A stretch of DNA of 64,000 bases from Candidatus Latescibacterota bacterium (GTDB taxonomy: Bacteria > Latescibacterota > UBA2968 > GCA-2709665), in NCBI GenBank assembly GCA_963667175.2, contig CAXXXF010000006.1:64001-128000 (forward strand), given 5' to 3'. Within the stretch, counting starts at the first letter, position 1. Each line of letters opens with the position of its first letter. The notes under the pieces were generated by a model that made no database searches, was not told where the DNA came from, and worked only from the letters and a program-made list of their open reading frames with translations. Position numbers and translations under genes: made by a program. Shown one piece after another: positions 30,522-41,324 of this stretch.

Positions 30522-31481
30522 CTACCCCGGAAACTCAGTCCTCAACAGCGGTTGAACACGATACCTCCACTGGCTCTCAATCAAGGAATGGTCTGGTGAT
30601 TTTGCGGCTGCTTCCAGGATATTCGCAGCTGCCCGACTAGCCATGAGGGTAGGTATGTACTTTTCCAAATCCATGCTGAGTGAACGAACTTCACGATACC
30701 CCTTCAATAACGCATCAGTCCTCTCCTGGAAACCGGGACGACCGTAGGTGCCGGACAGGATCACAGCGATGTCATACAAATAGTAGCCGAATCCGCAGTC
30801 GCCGAAATCAATCGCGATGGCGTGACCCGGTCGAAAGAGGACATTTCCGAAACTGAGGTCTGCGTGAATGAGGCCGAACATCTCTGTGTCGCCGCCCATC
30901 TGTTGTTCCGCTTCTGTCAGCCGACCATAGACCGTTTCCAGATCGCGGCGAACAGGAGCCGGTCCGATCTCATCTAAAGGAAACTTCGAACGGAAACCAA
31001 AAAGACCCTCAGCGTCATACGTAGGGCGATCAAAACCCGTGGGTGGCGACCACGCTTCAGAGTGATTGTGCAACTCACCCGCAACGCGGCCAAGCAATTC
31101 GAAGTGCCGAGGCGATCGGTGGTCCTGATCCAGGATACGTCCGTTTAGCCAGGAAGTAACGGATACCGGGAATGGTCCGGGCACGCCTGGAACATCTGCC
31201 ACGATAACTCTTTTGCCGTCAGGCGATCTATAGGGCTGTGGAACGGAGAGCGTGGTATCGTGGCAGAGAGCCTCCAGCCAATCCAATTCCGATTCAATGA
31301 TCCGGGGCGCCTTCTTGTCACGGTGAATCCGCACTCGATAATCGCCTGAATCGCAGGTCCACTTTGACTTGCGACAACGGCATTCTCCCAAACCCAGTTC
31401 GCGGAGCGCGGCCTTTGCCACCTTGTGTAACCTACGGATCCGTCCCTGGTGAGTTAGTTCTTCGAAGCTCCGTATGGCCAT
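30522..31481 (-). CDS. aminoglycoside phosphotransferase/type II homoserine kinase family
   Basis: IHADLSFGN; IDFGDCG. Confidence 0.85.
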   Translation of the reverse strand: MAIRSFEELTHQGRIRRLHKVAKAALRELGLGECRCRKSKWTCDSGDYRVRIHRDKKAPRIIESELDWLEALCHDTTLSVPQPYRSPDGKRVIVADVPGVPGPFPVSVTSWLNGRILDQDHRSPRHFELLGRVAGELHNHSEAWSPPTGFDRPTYDAEGLFGFRSKFPLDEIGPAPVRRDLETVYGRLTEAEQQMGGDTEMFGLIHADLSFGNVLFRPGHAIAIDFGDCGFGYYLYDIAVILSGTYGRPGFQERTDALLKGYREVRSLSMDLEKYIPTLMASRAAANILEAAAKSPDHSLIESQWRYRVQPLLRTEFPG

Positions 31482-31569
31482 TCCGACCTCCACAAAAGCA
31501 CCGTCACCATCGGTGGAGTACCGACTCTCTCGCGTGCCGCGGGACCCGGTGTCCTGTCCCAGCAATGCC

Positions 31570-31692
31570 GCCTAACGTTCTCGCCACTTGCGAAGCCGCC
31601 GCAGGCAGTTGGGCGACCGAACTCAGCTTTTGCCGCGGCCGATCTCCGGTTGCTCGGCAAGGCAACAATCCGGCGCGATCAGCGCGATTATG
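31570..31692 (-). repeat. attC-like site
   Basis: GCCTAAC-gttctcgccacttgcgaagcc...; right core degenerate. Confidence 0.65.
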
Positions 31693-31751
31693 GCCAATGC
31701 CAGAAGGGGAAATTGTTGGGTTGATGGAACTCTCGTGTTCGGGACTTCCAT

Positions 31752-33311
31752 TTACTTTTCGTGAATTCGTCCAACCGGAAGCAGTTCCACACCATCATCG
31801 ATGCCCTGCTTATCGCCCTCGATTTCTGCGTCGCCGTTTTTTGTGATACGACCGACAGCGAACCTGAAGCTGAAAAGGTCCGCGTGTTTGAATTGGAACT
31901 TAAGGCGCGCGGGTTTTCCGGCGTAATCCCCGGGAGTGAGTCCGGACTGCCACGTGACCGGGTGGTCGATTTCGTCACCCCGCAGTGGCTTGCAGTCGTT
32001 CAGCGTCAGGCCCTTCAGGGGCTGGCCGTTTGCATCCTGGATTTCGACCCGGATTTCCCCGGCAGGCCGGGGCCAGGCGATGTAGTTGAGCTCCAGTTGG
32101 CTGCCGTTGAGCACAAACGGTTTTGTCACGATCGTTTCGCCGTCCGGACCGGATCGGACGGAAACGAATCCGTCGACACGGAACGTAAAACGCCTGAGCC
32201 TCGTCCTCGGCACGAATGACTTCCTCTTCCACTCCGGGTCCTCATATCCGTACCCTTCGGTGGCGTAGACGAAGTACTCGCGCTCATTGCCACGAACCAG
32301 ACCGTGGGCCATGAAGTTGGCCCGGTTGCCATCGCGTTGCCGGGGTGTACTGCCGGGAATCAATGGTTCGCGGCGTCGCAGGAACGAGTGCCCGCCGTCG
32401 CGGCTGGTCATCAGGATGGGATGGACCTGGGCGACGGCAAACCGGTCCGTGTATTCGGTGGGAAAGGCGATCAGAATGTGTGGCGCGCGTTCATACGGAA
32501 GGACGCCGTTGGTGTACATCTCCCGGTCGACCTTGTCCGAATACTTCAGCGGGACGGGTTCCGTCCATTTCACGAAATCGTCCGACACGGCCATGTGCAC
32601 ATTGCGCATATAACCTTTCAGCAGATCCCGCACGAATGCGACGTAGCGGCCGCGAACCGGATCCCGGAACGCCAGGTTCTGCGAATCGAACCGCCCCTTC
32701 GTAATCACGGGTTTTTCGGTCATCAACGTCCAGTGAAGTCCGTCCGGCGACTTGAAGGGATACATGCCGTAATCGGTGTATTTTCCCGGAATCTGGTGCG
32801 CGCCGCGAGCCCCGCGGACCAGTGCCTTGTACCGAGCGTCGGATTTTACAGTTGGGCTGGTGTCAATGAACGGGACCATGTCGCCGCGCCATCCCAGGCC
32901 AGTGTGGGTTCCCAGTTTGCCTTGCCATTTGTCGGTGGGAAGATACTTTCTGCCATCCCCACCGAGTACGATGTTGTTGTCCGAGGATCCTCTGAATTTG
33001 AATAGACCAAGGTTTGGCTTCGTCCACCGGATGCCGTCGCGGCTTTCCGCGTAACACATCGGTTCGCCTCGGGCGTCTTCGCCGCTGCCGTGATGATAGC
33101 CGCGGTAGTACATGCGAAACAGATCTCCGTCCTTGAGTGCCGAGACGTAGCCCAAAGAAGTGTCTTCCCAGGGCCTGTCGTTCATCAGCACGACCTCTTT
33201 GCCCAACGGCTCGTGCAGATGTTGCGCCACGTCGCCCTCGAAGCGTTCCACAATCCAGTCATCAACGAACAATTCGCGCCGCAGCGGCGATGATGGATTG
33301 ATGTCTGTCAT
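31752..33311 (-). CDS. beta-propeller glycoside-hydrolase-like protein
   Basis: CYAESRDGIRWTKP, SPDGLHW, FDSQN, RVDGFVS. Confidence 0.7.
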   Translation of the reverse strand: MTDINPSSPLRRELFVDDWIVERFEGDVAQHLHEPLGKEVVLMNDRPWEDTSLGYVSALKDGDLFRMYYRGYHHGSGEDARGEPMCYAESRDGIRWTKPNLGLFKFRGSSDNNIVLGGDGRKYLPTDKWQGKLGTHTGLGWRGDMVPFIDTSPTVKSDARYKALVRGARGAHQIPGKYTDYGMYPFKSPDGLHWTLMTEKPVITKGRFDSQNLAFRDPVRGRYVAFVRDLLKGYMRNVHMAVSDDFVKWTEPVPLKYSDKVDREMYTNGVLPYERAPHILIAFPTEYTDRFAVAQVHPILMTSRDGGHSFLRRREPLIPGSTPRQRDGNRANFMAHGLVRGNEREYFVYATEGYGYEDPEWKRKSFVPRTRLRRFTFRVDGFVSVRSGPDGETIVTKPFVLNGSQLELNYIAWPRPAGEIRVEIQDANGQPLKGLTLNDCKPLRGDEIDHPVTWQSGLTPGDYAGKPARLKFQFKHADLFSFRFAVGRITKNGDAEIEGDKQGIDDGVELLPVGRIHEK

Positions 33312-33427
33312 CGGTTTACACCTCAGGTGAAATGCTGGATCGACGTGTATCTGCGATTCTTTGCTTTCGGCGGCCAGGGATGGCCGCTGTATCAAAATGT
33401 AGCCGCTAACTCATTCACACAGACTTC

Positions 33428-34348
33428 TCATTCACCAAAAAACGGGTACGGCTCGCCGGCTTCCACCAGCCTTTGTACCAGACTCGAGTACTTCAACACC
33501 TCCGTCAGCCGGGCGCGCCAATGCGGGGCGTAGAAGCCGACGAATTCCTGGAAGAACGCTCGCGCATCCTCACTGACGCCATCGAAGTATTGCGGCAGCA
33601 AAAACCATGGCTGGTCACTGGCGTAGTTCAGCCCACGCCGGCGCATCGTGAACTCTGCGGCGGCCCGTTTTTTTACCGAGATCATCAACGAGCGCCTGAG
33701 CTTGTCGGTGTGATAGCGGCCCCGATGAATGCACAACTGGGTAAACAGCACCGCGTCACCGGGTTCCTGGTGGAGACGAACGGCGCCAGGCATATCGTTC
33801 GAGCGGTTGTGGATCCCATCATCGGCGACGCAGATCGCGTGCTCTTCGGGGGAGTAGTCACGCAGGTGAGACCCCGGCACCACTTCGAGATCGTCGGTTG
33901 GGACCAATGCGATTTGCATCTGCAACCCGGCTCCGGTCTCCGGTCTCCGGGATGCGTCTGCTTCCGCACCGATCTTGTCCTTGTGCCAAAATCCGTCCTG
34001 GCTTTCTCCGGTCGGATTAAAGTAGAGACTGCTCAAGGCGAAGAGGAATTCTTCATCCAGGGCTGCGCTCAGCGATTCGACAACCTGGGGCGACCCCATG
34101 GCATTGAGCAGAAAGGCAAGATCGTCGGGGTGATCGCGGTGATATTCCGGGTCGTTCAGGTGCCTCATGTAATTGGCCTGTGGCCCCACCGGTGGATTGT
34201 CACAGCGAGGAGCGCGCCGCCACTGTTCCAGCACTCGCTCACAGATCTCGCGCAGCCGTTGTGTCGTCGCTGCGTCGAACAAACCGCGCACCACGGCGTA
34301 AGAGTGTTGGCGTAGCTGCCCAGGGCGGGGTTCAGTAGAAATGTTCAT
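33428..34348 (-). CDS. phytanoyl-CoA dioxygenase (PhyH) family, copy 1
   Basis: WHKD, VPGSH, PGDAVLF...IHRG. Confidence 0.9.
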   Translation of the reverse strand: MNISTEPRPGQLRQHSYAVVRGLFDAATTQRLREICERVLEQWRRAPRCDNPPVGPQANYMRHLNDPEYHRDHPDDLAFLLNAMGSPQVVESLSAALDEEFLFALSSLYFNPTGESQDGFWHKDKIGAEADASRRPETGAGLQMQIALVPTDDLEVVPGSHLRDYSPEEHAICVADDGIHNRSNDMPGAVRLHQEPGDAVLFTQLCIHRGRYHTDKLRRSLMISVKKRAAAEFTMRRRGLNYASDQPWFLLPQYFDGVSEDARAFFQEFVGFYAPHWRARLTEVLKYSSLVQRLVEAGEPYPFFGE

Positions 34349-34489
34349 TATATCCTCTTGTGTTGCTGTGGGAAGACTATCGACTGCCCCTCTACTCCAG
34401 GATTTGTCCTCTGTGCCTTTGTGGTGCGCCTTACGTTCCGCTTCCGGGAAGGACGTTGGCATAACAGCCTGGCCAGGTCGATCATTGAA

Positions 34490-36748
34490 TCAGAACTCAG
34501 CGGCAATCATCGCGTACTGTCCAATGTTCGTTAATGTGGTTTCCAGGTGGTTTCCGTCGAACGTGACCTCCAGGTCATCTCCCGTGCAAACGTCCCACAC
34601 GCGACGAGGAGTACCCCGCTCCGTGAGCTGCCAGCGCAGGTTCACTTCGGGTATCGTGGTCACATAGTCAAACTGTGGGCTGAAGCGCGGCCAGATCTCC
34701 GGCAGATGCTCGACGCGCTCGCCGGTGTGATTGATCAGAAACAACACCTGGCTTCCCGGTTTCTCATTCGGAATCATCACGAGTTGGTTCGGGCCATCGG
34801 TCATCAGAGGCCGGCCCTCCGGGTAGAGCCAATCCACCACGGCCCCCAGAAGATCGCGGACCACCAGCAGGCGATATTCGAAGTGAAGCTCCTCCACCGG
34901 CGCGGCCAGATAGACGACGCGGCCCTTGCCAACCGTCCGGCAGGTGACGGCGGGACACAGAGCGTCGTCCTCGCGCCCGCCGAAGACGATGTTCGCCACT
35001 ACGTCGGTTCCCGGCCGCGCCTGGACGAACTCGAACCGATTGAGCGGCCACAGCTCTTGCGAGCACCCCTCGTCCAGCCATTGACCTGGAACGCAGCAGC
35101 CGTACGTGTCGAACGTCCCGGCGGCCCAGAGGTGTTTTTCGTAATCAGCGAATTGGTCGAGGTTCGGGTCCACGCGGTCCACGCCCAGAAGGTCCGCCAG
35201 GGCGAAGTTGTCGCGCATCTCATCGGGCTCGGCGCCGTACAGGCTCGTCCGGTACGTCGCCAGGAGCCGCCCGCCCGCCTTCACGTATTCCGTGATGCCC
35301 TCGACTTCCTCCCGCGTGAGATGGCCGACGTTGGGCAGAAGCAGAACGGGATACTTTGCCAACGCCGCTGGTTCGGAGAGAACCCGCTCCTCGATCACCG
35401 ACGTCGGCAAATGGTTGGCCAGCATGGTCGAGAAAGCCCCGCGACGGCAGGATTGCTGCGGGGGCGTGCGCACGAGATAGCCCGCCTCGGAGAGCGGGGC
35501 CTCGAGTTCCCCCGGACGGTCGGCGAGGTCCTGCTTGAACTGGCCGATGACATCGCGCGGACGATCGCGCATCACCAGGGGCTCGGCGCGGAACCGCAAC
35601 CGCTCGAGCATCTCATACACCCGCACCGGCAAGACAAACGGAATAGCAACAAACGGTGACGGGTGGAGATCTTCGAAGAGTGATTCGTTCCTCTCCAGGA
35701 TCTCAAGGAGCTCCGCCAGCTCACGATTGGCTTTGTGGGGAGGCGACAGCCAAAGGTTCACGCCGCACGCCACCAGGACGCCCCCTCCGGAAGCAAAGCT
35801 GGCTGCCGCTTCCTCGACGAGTTCCATGCCGAAGCACTGCGCCCGCGACCAGCCCGTCAAGGCGCCGACGTATTGCCACATGGCCCAACCCGACGACTCG
35901 GCCAGACTGGCCGCTTCGAGCCGATGGAGGAAGTCGCCCCCGGCCTCGTAGAGGAATCCATCGTGCGCCTCCACGATCCTGCGTTCGGGCCAGTCGCCCA
36001 CACCCAGGCCGTGCGTCAGCACCGGGATGTCCTTCTTCTTTCGCGTCGCGGCGGCGAATTCGAGAAAGACGTCGCCGACGATCCTGCCGTACTGCAGGCT
36101 CCACGCTTCCAGCATCTCCCGGTCTTCCCGAGGCAGGCTGTGCGGATCGGGTGCATACGGCATTGGGCAGCCGAATTGTCTATCGAACTTCTCGAGGCAA
36201 TAGTCGCAGTAGCACAAGGGTGACTGCGGGGTGTGGTGCGAATGGTAAGGACAGGCAGAATCGGTGTAGATCGCGTCGACGTTGTGGTCCACCACTTGTG
36301 CGATGAAAGCGCAGATAGCCTCTCGGTACGGTGTGTTGAAGCAGACGTGCCGGTGAAATCCGCCGCCGTGGTGCCTCAGGACAGGAGCGTTGCCTTCGGG
36401 GCTGGGGCGGTACATCCACTCCGGATGATGGTTCAGCATGTTATCTTCGGGAATAATGTGCCCCACGGGAATGTACCCGATGACGCGCACCTCCCGCGCA
36501 TGGGCCTCGGCGATCGTCTCGGCGAGCAGGTCGCGCTCACCTAATTGAGGGTGCGGGGGAAAGAACTCATTGGGGAAGACCGCCCATTTGCCCGCGCTGC
36601 CGAACCAAATGGCGTTGGCGTGGTATTTCCGCACGACATCGACGAGCTGCTTCGCGTCAAAGTCGATGTCGGGCCAGAAGGGCGGGTGGTATTGCTCTAT
36701 CTGAAAGGTGCGCGCTCGCCGTACCCACTCGTGACCTGGCTTGATCAT
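34490..36748 (-). CDS. GHL6-like glycoside hydrolase with beta-galactosidase trimerisation domain
   Basis: CFNTPY, CYCDYC, YVKAGGRLLAT, GKGRVVY. Confidence 0.75.
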   Translation of the reverse strand: MIKPGHEWVRRARTFQIEQYHPPFWPDIDFDAKQLVDVVRKYHANAIWFGSAGKWAVFPNEFFPPHPQLGERDLLAETIAEAHAREVRVIGYIPVGHIIPEDNMLNHHPEWMYRPSPEGNAPVLRHHGGGFHRHVCFNTPYREAICAFIAQVVDHNVDAIYTDSACPYHSHHTPQSPLCYCDYCLEKFDRQFGCPMPYAPDPHSLPREDREMLEAWSLQYGRIVGDVFLEFAAATRKKKDIPVLTHGLGVGDWPERRIVEAHDGFLYEAGGDFLHRLEAASLAESSGWAMWQYVGALTGWSRAQCFGMELVEEAAASFASGGGVLVACGVNLWLSPPHKANRELAELLEILERNESLFEDLHPSPFVAIPFVLPVRVYEMLERLRFRAEPLVMRDRPRDVIGQFKQDLADRPGELEAPLSEAGYLVRTPPQQSCRRGAFSTMLANHLPTSVIEERVLSEPAALAKYPVLLLPNVGHLTREEVEGITEYVKAGGRLLATYRTSLYGAEPDEMRDNFALADLLGVDRVDPNLDQFADYEKHLWAAGTFDTYGCCVPGQWLDEGCSQELWPLNRFEFVQARPGTDVVANIVFGGREDDALCPAVTCRTVGKGRVVYLAAPVEELHFEYRLLVVRDLLGAVVDWLYPEGRPLMTDGPNQLVMIPNEKPGSQVLFLINHTGERVEHLPEIWPRFSPQFDYVTTIPEVNLRWQLTERGTPRRVWDVCTGDDLEVTFDGNHLETTLTNIGQYAMIAAEF

Positions 36749-36983
36749 AGCGATGACCTCCAAAATCTGTACCGTCTTTTTTTACCCGCGGAGAACGCAG
36801 AGAACGGCCTTCCATGATTCACCGCCGCTCATCATGATCGAGAAGCCGAGAAATATCAGGCTGACCCCAGCCAACAGCAGCCCAGGCTCGGCTGTCGCCG
36901 CCAACTCAGGATCGTCCCAAGCAACAGGAGCAAAGTCAGAGAAAGGACGATAAACGCTCTGGTTGCGAGAGCACGCACGTTTA

Positions 36984-37328
36984 ACAGTCCGTTGATAAAG
37001 TCGCTCTGCAGGCGAGGCATGGTGTCCCGTCCCGGAAATATGTCACCATTCATCCGCCGATTCATCCCGTCTGGCGGCGTTGCCTTCGCTCGGTGACCTC
37101 GGACAGGTCGCCTCGCTCAGGCGTCTTGCCAGCCGGGCGACTCGGCGGTCGAATTTCGGCAATCTATTTCCGGGACAGAACACTTGTCATTGTGGCCGAA
37201 GACAAGGCGCGCGACCGACGCGATTCCCTGGATTCAGGGAGGGAGCGCCTGCCTGCTGCAGGCAGGCAACGCAGGTATTCGGTCACAAGGGCCGGACGCA
37301 GACCGGATGGACTGTATCAACGGGCTGC
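36984..37328. mobile_element. 345-bp MITE with TA duplication and a nested inverted-repeat element (37022-37183)
   Basis: TIRs ACAGTCCGTTGATAAAGTC / GACTGTATCAACGGGCTGC; inner IRs GTGTCCCGTCCCGGAAATA / TATTTCCGGGACAGAACAC. Confidence 0.8.
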
Positions 37329-37448
37329 TAACCCGAGGACGTCAACGACCCTCCCCGCTTTCATGAGGATGGAAGCAGGAGCGCAGGTAACGCCGCAACC
37401 AGAGCGGCACGGAGGTCATTCGCAGTCATTGGTTTCGACTGGCATGGC

Positions 37449-37545
37449 TGCTAACGTTCCGCCGGTTTGCGAACCCCGACCTTGTCGAGGGGTTGCCGCA
37501 GGCCAAGCCGCCAGAGGCGGCGTAGCACAAGTGGACGTGTTAGGT
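37449..37545 (-). repeat. attC site (family 1)
   Basis: TGCTAAC...GTTAGGT; close homologue of 21008. Confidence 0.9.
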
Positions 37546-37600
37546 GGCTGTGCCAGCCGGGGGTGGGGGGCATTGCCACGGACGGCAATGCCGCTGTCTT

Positions 37601-37774
37601 TCAGGTTGAATCTACAGGTTCAACTCGCTTAGGGGGAAGGGAAGTGAACTGCCTTCCACTCGCTTTTTCTTGCTCTTTTAGATCCTCATATATAGCCTGT
37701 AGATCATAGTTAAATTTTTTCGCATGTGCTTCGCGGATCCTCCTGACTTCGTCTACAATCGGATCTTTCCACAT
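37601..37774 (-). CDS. small protein downstream of the PIN gene (putative antitoxin)
   Basis: MWKDPIVDEVRRIREAHA; tightly coupled to the PIN gene. Confidence 0.7.
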   Translation of the reverse strand: MWKDPIVDEVRRIREAHAKKFNYDLQAIYEDLKEQEKASGRQFTSLPPKRVEPVDST

Positions 37775-37778
37775 ATCA

Positions 37779-38252
37779 TTATTCCTCCAATAATTCTTCA
37801 GGTGTACAGATGACCGTTGGTTCATACCCTTTGGCCCGACAGATCTGCTCGATTTTGCTCCGCATGGCGGCATTAGCCATATGACTGCAATTCCACGTCA
37901 GCAGATAATCCATGCCGTTGATTACAGCCACTGCGATATGGATCGCATCTTCGGTAGCGTGCTGAGGAAGAGGACCTTTCTCTACCAGCTCTTTGGCAAG
38001 AGATAGGGCCTCTTCGGTTACTCCCAGCAATTCAACTGTTTCCAATGCTGCCAATCGTCTCCGACTCATCTCTTGGTCTCCTGCCTTCGCCTCATCCCAA
38101 ACAAGCTGAGAAGCGAAAAGATCAAAGTCCTCCTTCCGTGTACTCCACCACTCATCCGTAATTTGTTGGTGTGCAGCAACGATCAGATCGCGACTCGGAC
38201 GGGATGTCAGATAACTTATGAACGTCGTTTCAATATAGGCTTTGGGCTTCAT
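37779..38252 (-). CDS. PIN-domain (VapC-like) toxin
   Basis: YIETTFISY, DAIHIA, LLTWNCSH. Confidence 0.85.
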   Translation of the reverse strand: MKPKAYIETTFISYLTSRPSRDLIVAAHQQITDEWWSTRKEDFDLFASQLVWDEAKAGDQEMSRRRLAALETVELLGVTEEALSLAKELVEKGPLPQHATEDAIHIAVAVINGMDYLLTWNCSHMANAAMRSKIEQICRAKGYEPTVICTPEELLEE

Positions 38253-38364
38253 TTTGTATCCTCTGTCAACCGGCCTGTTGGACTCTGCATCGGGCCACCC
38301 CTATAATTCGCTTTTGCGTCGCCTTCATGTAACGGTCGGCGCACTCGCCAATTTCCTATCAGTT

Positions 38365-39339
38365 TCATTCCTCCCACGGCAGGAAACAGACTTTGACGGC
38401 CTGAAGGTTCTCCAACAGGTTGACGCCTTCAGCGTAGCGTTCGAGCGGCAGCTTGTGCGTGACGAGCGCGGCCAGGTCGAGCTTGCCGCGGCGGATGAGG
38501 TCGAGCGCATACTCGGCCGATTCGCGCGAGTGGCCCTTGTACCCGCACAGCCGCAGCCCGCGGTAATGCTGCGGGCTGAACGTGTAGTCTTCGCGCTGCA
38601 CGCCGAACAGGGCCAGGGCGTCCTGAGTCCGGTCCATGAGAAACTCCACCGACGCCTTGGCGCCGACGCAGTCCACGGCCGACTCGAGTTTTGGCCATTC
38701 CGGCCGCGCCGGGAATTTCCCCGACAAGTCGGCCCGCGGGTCGTAGCAACCGGCCGCGCCGAGACGCTCGGCCATGGCGCGGCGGTCGGATACGAAGTCG
38801 AACCCGTACACTTCCCTGGCGCCCTCGGCTCTGGCCATCTGTAGCGCCACCAGCCCGGCCGCGCCCAGGCCGCAGACGCCGAAACAACGGCCCAGGATTG
38901 CGTCCATATCGCGCAGCATCCGGAAGCAGGCGCCTACGCACATAGCCAGTTCGAGTGGAGCCAGCGCCTCGTCGGGCAATTCTCCGGGGACGCGTATTAC
39001 TCTTGCCGCGTCAATCGCGACGTATTGCGCATAGCAACCCTGATGCCCCTCGCCGGTATCGCGCCAGGCGCACACGCGGTCGCCTGCCTTCAAACCAGCC
39101 ACACCTTCGCCAACAGCCTCGATGCGGCCGACGGCTTCGTGACCGGGCTTGCCCGGCGTGAAGGGGTAGTGGAATGCATGGCCGACAAACATCGGTTCGT
39201 TGTGACGCAGGTGCAGGTCCCACTGCGGGCAAGTCGTGACCGCCGTGATACGCATCAGCACCTCGTCCGGACCGGGCTCGGGAACGGGGACGTCGAGAAT
39301 CTCGAACTCGCACGGCGATGTGACTTGCAGGATCTTCAT
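38365..39339 (-). CDS. zinc-binding alcohol dehydrogenase (MDR family)
   Basis: GHEAVG; GLGAAGL. Confidence 0.9.
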   Translation of the reverse strand: MKILQVTSPCEFEILDVPVPEPGPDEVLMRITAVTTCPQWDLHLRHNEPMFVGHAFHYPFTPGKPGHEAVGRIEAVGEGVAGLKAGDRVCAWRDTGEGHQGCYAQYVAIDAARVIRVPGELPDEALAPLELAMCVGACFRMLRDMDAILGRCFGVCGLGAAGLVALQMARAEGAREVYGFDFVSDRRAMAERLGAAGCYDPRADLSGKFPARPEWPKLESAVDCVGAKASVEFLMDRTQDALALFGVQREDYTFSPQHYRGLRLCGYKGHSRESAEYALDLIRRGKLDLAALVTHKLPLERYAEGVNLLENLQAVKVCFLPWEE

Positions 39340-39391
39340 TGTCCGCGCTCCCCGCATGCCCATGAAGTAGCAGAAGTCTTCATCATTCCGC

Positions 39392-40339
39392 CTATCTTAC
39401 GTGGCCCTGAATTCGTCCGAAGCGTTCGCGCAGCTTCTCCACGCGCGGTGTATCGAGGTACGGCGGGTCAACCACCATCAGGTTCTCGTGAAACCGTTCC
39501 GGCGTGCGCGTCCCGACACAGCAAGTACTCACGTCCTGCGCGAGCACGAAGCGTAGCGCCGCCGCGGGCACACTGTAGGGCTTCAGGAAATCAAACAGGT
39601 CCGGATCCGTGTACGGCGGCTGGGACGGAAGATAGCCGGCCGCGACATGCCGCCGCACGCACTCCAGCGCCGCCGGCACACTGACCAGACCGGACTCCTG
39701 GTTCGCCTGGTTCAGCGGCATCATCACCGCCGTGCCGACATCGTGCCGGGCACACAGCGGCAGCACCGATTCCACCGCGTTTTGCAGTAGAAAATTGATC
39801 GTGAGCATGATCACGTCCAGGGCGCCGGTAGGAACCGCGCGCTTCAGGATCTCGTGTGCTCCGTCAACCGTGGAGAGCTCGCTGATACCGATGAAACGGA
39901 CCTTGCCCTGCTCACGCAGCCTGGCCATGGCCTCGTAACAGCCATCGTTCATAAAACGGTCCAGAGAATCGAGCGTGCGTATGCCGTGGCCGAGAAGAAT
40001 ATCAAGACGATCACGGCGCAAGCGGCGCAGGCTCTCCTCGGCCGAGGAGGTCAATGCCGCCGCTGAACCCGTGTATGCCGCATCACCGCCCCAACCATCG
40101 TAAGGCTGATACTTGGTCTCGACTATGATATGTTCGTGGCCCCGCAACGCTTCGCCCAGTGCGCTCTCGCTGACACCGTTGCCGTAGTCCGCGGCGGTGT
40201 CGACGAAGTTGACGCCGCTCTCGATTGCTGCGTGTACGGTGGCAATGAACTTCGCCCGGTCCTGCGACGCGCCCCGTGCTGCACCGTAACTGAGTTCCGA
40301 GACCTGCAGTTCTGTTCTTCCCAGGCGGCGATACCGCAT
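39392..40339 (-). CDS. aldo/keto reductase
   Basis: DTAADYGNG; GKVRFIGIS. Confidence 0.9.
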   Translation of the reverse strand: MRYRRLGRTELQVSELSYGAARGASQDRAKFIATVHAAIESGVNFVDTAADYGNGVSESALGEALRGHEHIIVETKYQPYDGWGGDAAYTGSAAALTSSAEESLRRLRRDRLDILLGHGIRTLDSLDRFMNDGCYEAMARLREQGKVRFIGISELSTVDGAHEILKRAVPTGALDVIMLTINFLLQNAVESVLPLCARHDVGTAVMMPLNQANQESGLVSVPAALECVRRHVAAGYLPSQPPYTDPDLFDFLKPYSVPAAALRFVLAQDVSTCCVGTRTPERFHENLMVVDPPYLDTPRVEKLRERFGRIQGHVR

Positions 40340-40536
40340 GATCAGCCTCAATCCGAAAAAAACAGCAACGCGGCGACGCGATAAAACCCTCCGAAACGGG
40401 GCGTTATCGACGTATAGAAGGACGTTTTTTCCCTACACGTCCAGTGACCTGATGTATCCTGGTAATCCGCCGTCTAATCGCCTTTATTTACAAGCACATA
40501 TTCGAATTAATGTCCCCGAAGACTTACGAATCAAGG

Positions 40537-41220
40537 TCAGGCTTTGGTTGCAACGACCGCCAGCAGAGATGGGAGCGTGTCACCATCCAATTCGGCAACT
40601 GATTCGAGCCGCAAGTCAGCAGCGAGCAGTTTGTTGAAGAGTTCGGCAAGAGGAACGTGCCGGACACCCACCTTCGACCGAATGCCGTCATCCAATCCAG
40701 GACCTTCGAAAACTCGTGCTGTTTCCCGGTAACCCGGATGGATCTTGGCAATTCCCGTGTCTCTCTCGATGGTCGCAAATGGTCCCAGAAAACAGGGATG
40801 TGTGCCCAGGATAACGAAACGCCCGTGACGATCCAGGACGCGGTGTGCTTCCGAGAAGAATGGCCCTACATCATCGAAATCAGTGAGTGTCAATACCGAC
40901 ACGACGCGTCGAAACGTGGCTGACGAGAAAGGCAGACTACGAGCATTGGCTAGGACAACCCTCGGAGAGCGATCACTTGCCAGTCGAAGCTGGTCGGCTG
41001 AAAGGTCGACTCCAATCACGGACCAGCCAAGCGATTGCAGTAGCTGGAGATGCACACCTGTTCCGCAACCAATGTCCACACAGAGTCCGGAGCCGGGTCC
41101 AACCAAACGCGATAGATGAGCTGGGATGTTCTCGTAGAAAGGCATCTTGAGATATTCATCGTACCACGTCGCCCAGCCGTCGTATCGGGCGCCATCCTGG
41201 TTGGAATTCAAGGAAGGCAT
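40537..41220 (-). CDS. class I SAM-dependent methyltransferase
   Basis: VDIGCGTG; GVDLS. Confidence 0.88.
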   Translation of the reverse strand: MPSLNSNQDGARYDGWATWYDEYLKMPFYENIPAHLSRLVGPGSGLCVDIGCGTGVHLQLLQSLGWSVIGVDLSADQLRLASDRSPRVVLANARSLPFSSATFRRVVSVLTLTDFDDVGPFFSEAHRVLDRHGRFVILGTHPCFLGPFATIERDTGIAKIHPGYRETARVFEGPGLDDGIRSKVGVRHVPLAELFNKLLAADLRLESVAELDGDTLPSLLAVVATKA

Positions 41221-41324
41221 AGTCTCCTGCTGATTCTGGACGGCTTCCGGTGTTTCGCACCCTTCTGGCAGCTACTATGCCTGAGGAGGCATGGCCCATA
41301 ACGACGGAATTACCGACAGACTTC

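Noticed and set aside
29229-31481. Antibiotic-resistance calls for the serine hydrolase and the phosphotransferase
   Set aside because: Only superfamily motifs are visible, and these families are mostly not resistance enzymes.
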